A program made the position numbers and the translations under genes. A stretch of 64,000 nt of DNA from an uncultured Bacilli bacterium (lineage in GTDB: Bacteria; Bacillota_I; Bacilli_A; RF39; UBA660): the NCBI GenBank assembly GCA_947628535.1, contig CANRAF010000004.1, positions 8,566 through 72,565 on the forward strand, written 5' to 3'. Positions 56,667 to 64,000 of the stretch are shown here, piece by piece. The notes beneath the pieces were generated by a model. That model did no database searches. It worked only from the letters and a program-made list of their open reading frames with translations, and was not told the origin of the DNA. Position 1 is the first letter of the stretch. Each line of letters begins with the position of its first letter.

Positions 56667-58717
56667 TTTTCCTCCTTATAATTGGTTGAAAATTTATTAC
56701 CAAAATAATCATAGACAATTATATCATTTGAAATATCAATATATTCTTCTGTTTTTAATTTGTTTTTTTCTATATAATTTTCTGAAAGTGGTACATTTTT
56801 TAATAATTTATATTCTTCTTTATTGTCATTATAATAGACATAATTTGTAACGAAATTACCATTTGGGAATGCTACTAAATTATCTTTTTTATTCATGATG
56901 TCACTACCTAAAGCATATTTATTTTTAATTCCAAGCATATTGGAAATAGTTGGCCCTACATCATACATTCCCATTGCAGTAGATATAGTTTTACTATATT
57001 TTTCTTGAAACTCATCATCGCTTGACCAGATTATTAATGGCACTTTTCTATTTAATTCTTGCCAGTAATAATCAAGCTCTTTATATCTTGGATCATCTTC
57101 TGAATAAACATCATCAGTTAAATAATTATAATTATAAAATCTGTTCCACTGTGAAGTAGATATTCTGGCATCATGATCTCCATATATCATAATTACTGTG
57201 TCTTTTAACATTCCTTTTTCTTTTAATAGTTTTACTAAAAGTCCAAGTTGTTTATCAGCATAGTGCGCTGAAACTATATAATTACCAAGTTTAGTATCTT
57301 TTAAATATGGATAAACTACTCCATTTTTCTTTAAAGTAACATCAAATTTTCCAAATAAATCATTATAATCAAATGGTGTATGATTACTTAAAGTTATTAA
57401 AGTGCCATAAAATTTATCGTGTTCTTTATTTATTTCACTTATATAATCGACAGACTGAGTAATAAAAGATCTATCACTAAGGCCAAATCCTATTTCTTCA
57501 TCAATTTTATAAGTGGATTTGTCATAAAATTTATCATAACCTAAATTTTTATGCATTATATTTCTATTCCAAAAATCCCCAGTGTTAGCATGCATACTAA
57601 AAGTATAATAGCCTTTTTCTTTTAATTTTTGATAGAAAGAAACATATTTTTTATCAGAGTGATTAATAAATACTGTTCCACTTGATACTGGGAGAAGTGA
57701 AGTTGCTAAAGTAAATTCTGTGTCACTACTGGTACCAAAACTTACTTGAGAATAAAAATTGTCAAAATAAAGTCCTTCTTTTGTTAATTTATTTAAATTT
57801 GGTGTAACCTCTTTACCATTTATTTTCATTCCTATCAGTACTTGTTGCATACTTTCAGCATGAATTGCTATAACATTTTTATCTTTTAAAATATTGGTGT
57901 AGTCATTTTTAATAGATTTGTCATTTTTTTCTTTTTGATCATAAAAATCATTTATTTCTTTATAAGCTTTATCTTTACCAAATAATGTTGCCATTTTTGG
58001 TTCAATACTTTTTACAATGTCATTAATTTGATATAGATATACTCCAAATCTTGAAACTAAGTATTCCCTATTCCACTGACTATAAAGTCTTGAATAGTCT
58101 ACTGGTTTTAGAGTTGCTAAAAATACTACTAAAATTACTATAAGCCAAGCATAAATTGTATGAATAGTTATTTTTTTTGTTAAATGAATATGTTCTTCTT
58201 TCTTTTTTAATTTTCTACTTGCAATATAAATTGCAATTGGAAGCCAAATGAGGATTAAAAATTTTGGAGATAATAAATTACCTACTACATTAGCTTCACC
58301 AGTGTCATGATTTGCAAGAGCAAATGAGAAAAATGTAATTGAAATAAATGAACTATAGTAAAAATAATATATTGCATTAGCGAAGCATACAAGAACACTT
58401 ATAATCGAAATTAAGATTAAATAAAAAGTTCTATATTTCTTCTTAACAAAGAAATAAAAGGATGCAAAAAGTAAAGAAACTACTAAATCAGCGAGAATTG
58501 GCCTAATGCTAAAAGGATTCCCAATAGTAAATCCTCTTAAAATCATACCATTTATTACTGCTCCAAACACATATATAAATACAATTATATTGTCACATAC
58601 TATATATTTAGAGCTAATAAGTGCTTTTTTAGTGTTTTCTCTAATATTTTCTTTAGTCAGTTGTTCCTTTAGTTTCTTTTTTAATGATTTCTTTTTTTTG
58701 TTTTTTGTCTTTTTCAT
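56663..58717 (-). CDS. ltaS: LTA synthase family protein (LtaS-like phosphoglycerol transferase, sulfatase fold).
   Basis: Five N-terminal TM helices followed by an extracellular sulfatase-like domain (...HAESMQQV..., ...TSDTEF..., ...GDHD...). 684 aa. Confidence 0.85.
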   Translation of the reverse strand: MKKTKNKKKKSLKKKLKEQLTKENIRENTKKALISSKYIVCDNIIVFIYVFGAVINGMILRGFTIGNPFSIRPILADLVVSLLFASFYFFVKKKYRTFYLILISIISVLVCFANAIYYFYYSSFISITFFSFALANHDTGEANVVGNLLSPKFLILIWLPIAIYIASRKLKKKEEHIHLTKKITIHTIYAWLIVILVVFLATLKPVDYSRLYSQWNREYLVSRFGVYLYQINDIVKSIEPKMATLFGKDKAYKEINDFYDQKEKNDKSIKNDYTNILKDKNVIAIHAESMQQVLIGMKINGKEVTPNLNKLTKEGLYFDNFYSQVSFGTSSDTEFTLATSLLPVSSGTVFINHSDKKYVSFYQKLKEKGYYTFSMHANTGDFWNRNIMHKNLGYDKFYDKSTYKIDEEIGFGLSDRSFITQSVDYISEINKEHDKFYGTLITLSNHTPFDYNDLFGKFDVTLKKNGVVYPYLKDTKLGNYIVSAHYADKQLGLLVKLLKEKGMLKDTVIMIYGDHDARISTSQWNRFYNYNYLTDDVYSEDDPRYKELDYYWQELNRKVPLIIWSSDDEFQEKYSKTISTAMGMYDVGPTISNMLGIKNKYALGSDIMNKKDNLVAFPNGNFVTNYVYYNDNKEEYKLLKNVPLSENYIEKNKLKTEEYIDISNDIIVYDYFGNKFSTNYKEEK

Positions 58718-59537
58718 CAGTTACACACCTGCCTTGTTTTTGATAATTATCAACATTTAAAGCAATGCCTACAACGAATAGATATGCTAGAATATATACC
58801 CAAAGTAGTAAAATTAATATGTTTGCAAAGTTTCCATATAATACATCATAAGATGCAATTTTGGTTATATAAAAAGCAAATATATAAGTTGCAGTAACCC
58901 ATCCAATTGTTGTAAATATTGCCCCCTTACTAGTAGTTTTTCTATCTATTTTTTTACTTGGTGCTGTAGTATATATAAGTTTTATAATAAAGTACATTAT
59001 AAGGAATGATGCTAATACTTTAACTACTATATAAATTAGTTTGTAATTGTATAAAAATTTGGCATTTAATATTTCTATTGAATATTTTACAATTGTATCT
59101 CCAAGAAGTGGAATGAATACTACAAAAAGAAGTAAAATAACAATCATAAATGTCATTAAAAATGATTTAAGTTTTAATTTGATATAACTTGGTTGTTTTA
59201 TATCATAAAGCATATTTGATGCTGTTATGATTGATGTTGGAGCATTGGAACCAAGTAAAAGGTATAATATAAGGACAAATGCAACTCCATGGAATTTAAT
59301 ATCTGTTGTAAAAGATGTAAGAATGTTTCCAAGAACATTTGGAAGAACTGATGTTATTCTATCTATAAAATCAAAGTTTTTAGTAATTAAGGATGTTAAA
59401 ATTGCTCCTATAGCGGCAATTGGTACAATTGACATTATGAAATAGAAAGCAATTTGTCCAGGAAGAATTTGCATCTCTGGTTTATTTAGAATACCTAAAA
59501 AACCATTTAATATTTTTTTAGCTTTTGTCTTAGGCAT
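58653..59537 (-). CDS. YihY/BrkB family membrane protein.
   Basis: ...QILPGQIAFYFIMSIVPIAAIGAIL... signature with six TM helices. Overlaps the 5' end of ltaS by 65 nt. Confidence 0.7.
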   Translation of the reverse strand: MPKTKAKKILNGFLGILNKPEMQILPGQIAFYFIMSIVPIAAIGAILTSLITKNFDFIDRITSVLPNVLGNILTSFTTDIKFHGVAFVLILYLLLGSNAPTSIITASNMLYDIKQPSYIKLKLKSFLMTFMIVILLLFVVFIPLLGDTIVKYSIEILNAKFLYNYKLIYIVVKVLASFLIMYFIIKLIYTTAPSKKIDRKTTSKGAIFTTIGWVTATYIFAFYITKIASYDVLYGNFANILILLLWVYILAYLFVVGIALNVDNYQKQGRCVTDEKDKKQKKEIIKKETKGTTD

Positions 59538-61606
59538 TATTTATAATTTTGCTCCTTGTCCATACGCATTTCAATACTTGCTTCATTGATTGCATCATCA
59601 ATTGTTTTTATGTCATCTTCAATCATACTATATCCTATGGCTGCTCCAAAACCATGAGGAAGTTTCTCAAATTCACGAGAAAGTTTATTAATATAAGTAT
59701 TTACTTGAGTTTTATTATAGCCGATTAAGTAAATTAAGAATTCATTACCATCTGTTCTTATAATTTCACTTTTTTCAAGTTGGTTATTAATTAAAATTGC
59801 TGCAGCTTTTTTTATTAAATTATTTCCCTCTTCTTGACCATAATTATCATTTATATATTTTAAATTATTAAGATCAGTTATAATTACTGTTCTAGGATTA
59901 ACTTTTACTTCATCCCATTTATCTATATTGGCATTTAAATAATTTCTGTTTTTTAAAGATGTCAACATATCATTATATTTAAGAACATCTTCCTTATGAA
60001 GTAATTTTATATTTTTTCTATTTCTAGAAAGGGCAATTAAAGCAAATAGAATTATTACAGGAATTATTATGATTAATATTACCATTAAATATAGACTCGC
60101 AAAACCTACTTTATTGGCAGATGTTTCAAGTAAAGTATCAATTCCTTTTATTTTTACATCACTACTATCAGTGTACATAAGCATGAAGTTAATAAAGTTG
60201 TACATTACATCTTCATCATTTTTTACAAAGAATTTGTACTCACCACTGTAACTATCTTTTAATAATAAATAGTAATCTTCAAAATTCTTATCATTTTTAT
60301 AATAGTAATAATCTGCTTCATCTAATACTAGAACTCCATCATCAGCTATTTTATCAGTTACATCTTTTATAGGTTTTACAACTGATTTAAAATTATCTTT
60401 TAAATAACTATCAAGGTATGTATTTTCTTTTGTATAAAGTTTTCTATTTTCTAATCCCTCTTTATTTGTTATACGATAATTTGTATTACTAAGGGCTACT
60501 AATTGAGGATTTAAAGCACTTATTGTATATAAACCTTTTTCATTTTTATAATCAAAGTCTATAAATGCTATATCTACTTCGCCTTTTTTAATAGCGTCAT
60601 CTAATCTTTTACTTGAGGAATATTCTTTATATTCTAAATCAATATTAGCCATGTCTGAAAGTAAATTTATATATTCACCAGCATAACCAAATAAATTCTT
60701 TTTATTTAAAATGTTATAGGTACTTCCTTTGACAAATCCATACGTATAAACTTTACTTGATAGAGATGTTACTTCAAGATCTGTAGCATCTGTATTAGCA
60801 AGATAAAATTCCATGAATTCATCTTCATAACTATTCATATAATTATTTTTCTTGAATAAATTTAAATATTTTTTCATAATACTAGATAATCTTGAGTTAT
60901 CTGAAGGACGAAGAACTATTTTATTAGATAAATTATTAAAGTCATAATTTATATATATATCATTATTTACAACTTCCTCTAAAGTATAGTATCTAGGTAC
61001 TATGGCATAACTTACGTCATTTTTATTAATTGCACTAATAAGACGTGATACATTTTCGTATTCTTTATAATTATAGTTTGAATTTATATAATTACTTACT
61101 TTTTCTTTATCAGATTCTAAAACTGCTATATTTTTTGTGTATAAATCATTAAGATTTGTTTTATATCCTTCCTTTTTACTTATTAAAACATAATCATCTT
61201 CTGTAATTAATACATCATTTTCATTTAATTTATCTTCATTTGATAAAACCATTATTGAAAGTCCAGTAAGACTACTATTTTTCTCACCATAATTATAGGA
61301 CTTTTTATTAAAATCAAGGTCAGTATCTTTTTCTATTTTATTTAAATAATCAAAGACTACTCCTTCTCCATTGTCCGCTAAAATACTAAGATTATTTGGT
61401 ACATTTATATCAATTAAAGTCTTTTTATTTCTAGCAATCCATTGTTTTTCTAAGATAGTAAGGTCTGTTTTATTATCTGGAGCTGTTAAAAAGAAGTAAA
61501 TACCTGTTATAATGGCAATTACAATAATTATTATAATAGCATATTTTAAATAATTAGTTTTGCTGTTCTTTTTTTTATTTTTTCTTTTTTTATCTTTTTT
61601 CATCAT
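59537..61606 (-). CDS. Membrane sensor protein with a tandem periplasmic solute-binding-like domain and a C-terminal degenerate GGDEF domain.
   Basis: N-terminal TM, an extracytoplasmic domain of about 480 aa, a second TM (ASLYLMVILIIIIPVIILFALIAL), then a GGDEF fold in which the signature reads RTDGNEF instead of RxGG(D/E)EF. Confidence 0.7.
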   Translation of the reverse strand: MMKKDKKRKNKKKNSKTNYLKYAIIIIIVIAIITGIYFFLTAPDNKTDLTILEKQWIARNKKTLIDINVPNNLSILADNGEGVVFDYLNKIEKDTDLDFNKKSYNYGEKNSSLTGLSIMVLSNEDKLNENDVLITEDDYVLISKKEGYKTNLNDLYTKNIAVLESDKEKVSNYINSNYNYKEYENVSRLISAINKNDVSYAIVPRYYTLEEVVNNDIYINYDFNNLSNKIVLRPSDNSRLSSIMKKYLNLFKKNNYMNSYEDEFMEFYLANTDATDLEVTSLSSKVYTYGFVKGSTYNILNKKNLFGYAGEYINLLSDMANIDLEYKEYSSSKRLDDAIKKGEVDIAFIDFDYKNEKGLYTISALNPQLVALSNTNYRITNKEGLENRKLYTKENTYLDSYLKDNFKSVVKPIKDVTDKIADDGVLVLDEADYYYYKNDKNFEDYYLLLKDSYSGEYKFFVKNDEDVMYNFINFMLMYTDSSDVKIKGIDTLLETSANKVGFASLYLMVILIIIIPVIILFALIALSRNRKNIKLLHKEDVLKYNDMLTSLKNRNYLNANIDKWDEVKVNPRTVIITDLNNLKYINDNYGQEEGNNLIKKAAAILINNQLEKSEIIRTDGNEFLIYLIGYNKTQVNTYINKLSREFEKLPHGFGAAIGYSMIEDDIKTIDDAINEASIEMRMDKEQNYK

Positions 61607-61612
61607 TTTCTC

Positions 61613-62080
61613 CTAAAAAGTAAAATTATTATCATTTGAATTTTTATAACCAATTGCTGGGTATCCTTTAGCGGTACTTATTTCATTTGTTAAAAATAAT
61701 TGAATGTCATAAAAGCTTAATTGATCTTTAGAAAAGCCTTCTAAAACAACTTTTTTTAACGTTTTAGCAGTACCTACTTTAGTACCATTTGTTGTTTCTA
61801 CTAGTACGTTTATTATTTTACCATTAACATGAACACTTGCTTTATTTACATATTTACGTTTTTCAAGTTCTGTTACAAGTTTATCCTTTTCATCATTTGT
61901 TACTTTTACTTCTTCAATTCCATCTAAACGATTACCATAAACTGGTTCTCCATTTTTTGGCATTACAAGTCCAAAAATTAACCACCCTATTAAAAATAGA
62001 AATAAAAATATGAAAAATACAATTGTTGTGTATTTGTTTTGTTTAAGTTCATTTACAAGTTTATTAAACACACTAATCAC
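61613..62080 (-). CDS. Membrane-anchored hypothetical protein (155 aa).
   Basis: N-terminal TM (IVFFIFLFLFLIGWLIFGLV). No recognised family. Confidence 0.35.
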   Translation of the reverse strand: MISVFNKLVNELKQNKYTTIVFFIFLFLFLIGWLIFGLVMPKNGEPVYGNRLDGIEEVKVTNDEKDKLVTELEKRKYVNKASVHVNGKIINVLVETTNGTKVGTAKTLKKVVLEGFSKDQLSFYDIQLFLTNEISTAKGYPAIGYKNSNDNNFTF

Positions 62081-62120
62081 TCCTTATCTTAATTAATTAT
62101 AACTTATATTATTGTAATAA

Positions 62121-63548
62121 TCAATTACTATTATCTAAAAAATCTTTTAAAATTTCTGAGGCAATTTTAGGATTTATTTTACCTTTTGACTCTTTCATAA
62201 CCATTCCCATTAAAAATTTGAAGTTTCCTTCTTTTCCTTTTTTATATTCTTCAAAAGATTCTTTATATGTTTCTGTAACTTTCTTTATTATTTTTAATAT
62301 TTCATCTTTAGAAGATATTTGTTTAGTGTTTTCTAAAAGGTTATTAAGGTCTATATCTTTTGTTAAAACATCTTCTATTATATCTTTAAATATTTTTGAA
62401 GAAATTTCTTCATTTTTTAGACTATTTACTAAAGTAATAAATTTATCTTTAGTAAGTTTAGTTTCAAAAATGCTTACTTTCTCTTTATTTAAATAAGATG
62501 CAATATCTCCGAGTAAAATGTTACTAGCAATTTGAAAATCAATATCATCATCTAAAAACTGATTAAGATAATCTGATAGTTCTTTATGAGAAATTAATTT
62601 ATCAATATTTATATTAGAGATGTTTTTACTTTTATAAATATTTCTTCTTTCATTTGGAAGAAGTTCTAAAGAATTTTCTATTTCTTTAATTAAATCATCA
62701 GTAAGGTAAAGATATGGAAGGTCTGGTTCAGGAAAATAGCGATAGTCTTTATCTGGTTCTTTTCTTCGCATAAATACTGTTTCTTTTTTTGTTTCATCGT
62801 ATTTTCTAGTATCTTCTTTTAATATTTCACCATTTTCTAAAGCGTTTATTTGTCTTTTTACTTCATAATCTATAGCATCTTTAATATTAGAAATTGAACC
62901 GATGTTTTTTATTTCCGATCTTACTCCTAAAGTGTTATCTTTACTTACAGAAACGTTTACATCAAAACGCATTCTTCCCTCTTCTATTTTGCAATCTGAA
63001 ACTCCAAGATAAACCATTAATTCACGAAGTCTTGATGCGTATTCGGCAGCTTCTTCTTTACTTTTCATGTCAGGTTTTGAAACTATTTCAATTAAAGGTA
63101 CGCCACTTCTATTGTAATTAAGTAATGTTTTTCCTGAGTGGTGAAGACTTTTACAAGTATCTTCTTCTATATGAATATCGGATATACCAATTTTTTTGCT
63201 TTTTGTTTCTCCCTCTATTTCAAGATAACCATCTCTTCCAATTGGTGTTTTTGCTTGGGTTATTTGATAGCCTTTTGCTAAATCAGGATAGTAATAATTT
63301 TTACGATCAAAATGCATTTTTTTTGTTATATTCATATTTAATCCAAGACAAGCTGCTATTGCTTTTTCTACTACTTCTTTATTTAAGGCTGGAAGAGTTC
63401 CAGGATATCCTAAATCGATTTCATTAATATTGGTATTTGCTATTTTAGTAGGGCCATTTAAAGATTTAGAAAATACTTTGGCATTTGTTTTTAACTCTAA
63501 ATGAACTTCAATACCAATTGTTGGAGTGTAATTATTCATCTTTTTCAC
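62121..63548 (-). CDS. gatB: Aspartyl/glutamyl-tRNA(Asn/Gln) amidotransferase subunit B.
   Basis: N-terminus PTIGIEVHLELKTNAKVFS plus a C-terminal GatB/YqeY domain. 475 aa. Confidence 0.9.
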   Translation of the reverse strand: MKKMNNYTPTIGIEVHLELKTNAKVFSKSLNGPTKIANTNINEIDLGYPGTLPALNKEVVEKAIAACLGLNMNITKKMHFDRKNYYYPDLAKGYQITQAKTPIGRDGYLEIEGETKSKKIGISDIHIEEDTCKSLHHSGKTLLNYNRSGVPLIEIVSKPDMKSKEEAAEYASRLRELMVYLGVSDCKIEEGRMRFDVNVSVSKDNTLGVRSEIKNIGSISNIKDAIDYEVKRQINALENGEILKEDTRKYDETKKETVFMRRKEPDKDYRYFPEPDLPYLYLTDDLIKEIENSLELLPNERRNIYKSKNISNINIDKLISHKELSDYLNQFLDDDIDFQIASNILLGDIASYLNKEKVSIFETKLTKDKFITLVNSLKNEEISSKIFKDIIEDVLTKDIDLNNLLENTKQISSKDEILKIIKKVTETYKESFEEYKKGKEGNFKFLMGMVMKESKGKINPKIASEILKDFLDNSN

Positions 63549-64000
63549 CTCCAGGATTAAGGTCTAAATTTAATTTATTTTCAATAAATGATGCTAATCT
63601 GTAAATGTTTTTTTCATCCCATTTTTTCCCTATTATTTGCATACCTATAGGAAGATTAGTTTTAGAAAAACCTATAGGAAGTGAAAGACTTGGAAGACCA
63701 GACATGTTTACAGGAATACTTAAGATATCGTCGATGAATGATTTATTAGGATCATCTAAATTGCTATCTATTTCATAAGGAAGACAGGTAGTTGTAGGCC
63801 CAATTATTAAATCGTATTTTTCAAATGCTTTTTCAAACTCTAAAGTCATACTTTTTCTTATTTTAAGAGCTTTTTCATAATATTCTTTAGCATTTTCTCC
63901 ACTTAGCATAAATGAACCAACCATAATACGACGTTTTACTTCATCTCCAAAACCTTCACTTCTAGTTTTGTAGTAAAGTTCATCAATATTTTTAACATTA
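63532..64000 (-). CDS. gatA: Glutamyl-tRNA(Gln) amidotransferase subunit A, C-terminal part. The gene continues beyond the window end.
   Basis: The frame stays open to position 64000 (...NVKNIDELYYKTRSEGFGDEVKRRIMVGSFMLSGENAKEYY...). The GatA amidase C-terminus (...GLPSLSLPIGF...) overlaps the gatB start. Confidence 0.85.
   Translation of the reverse strand, partial: NVKNIDELYYKTRSEGFGDEVKRRIMVGSFMLSGENAKEYYEKALKIRKSMTLEFEKAFEKYDLIIGPTTTCLPYEIDSNLDDPNKSFIDDILSIPVNMSGLPSLSLPIGFSKTNLPIGMQIIGKKWDEKNIYRLASFIENKLNLDLNPGGEKDE

Noticed and set aside
1-64000. CRISPR arrays, tRNA or rRNA genes, and transposases or integrases.
   Set aside because: No regularly spaced direct repeats, no GC-rich cloverleaf-like intergenic segments (T-loop GTTCGA-type contexts are absent), and no ORF with DDE, serine or tyrosine recombinase signatures. 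The polymer locus is therefore not flanked by recognisable mobile elements.

Overview
Very AT-rich (roughly 25% GC) chromosomal segment of a spore-forming Firmicute, probably a Clostridia-like organism: SspI, SpoVS and SpoIVB homologues are present. Genes are densely packed and almost all lie on the minus strand. Housekeeping content includes lepA, hemW, glyQS, lexA, mnmA, xseAB-nusB, hisS, nrdDG, deoD, ftsK, uvrC, gatAB and ltaS. The stand-out feature is a roughly 20-kb cell-surface polymer locus (about 15.2-26.5 kb and 28.6-35.0 kb) with the xseB-xseA-nusB operon embedded inside it. It encodes a teichoic-acid-type set (acyltransferase-3, TagG/TagH-like ABC exporter, cytidylyltransferase-like protein, TagF-family glycerophosphotransferase), a CapA-family protein, a MurF-like ligase fused to BspA-type leucine-rich repeats, and seven paralogous ATP-grasp_ST (sugar-transfer-associated ATP-grasp amidoligase) genes. 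Four of those are tandem copies of about 520 aa that carry an N-terminal triple-repeat domain. Three of the seven ATP-grasp genes contain in-frame homopolymeric G tracts (G10, G10, G8) that are extraordinary for this base composition, so slipped-strand phase variation of the polymer decoration is the most plausible reading. Other items worth a second look: an unannotated structured sRNA gene of about 160 nt with its own promoter and terminator upstream of nusB; a 36-aa hydrophobic peptide gene with its own promoter and terminator; a degenerate GGDEF sensor protein; lexA divergent from a membrane-anchored papain-fold hydrolase; and a perfect operator-like palindrome over a -35 box. No tRNA or rRNA genes, CRISPR arrays, transposases or integrases were recognised.
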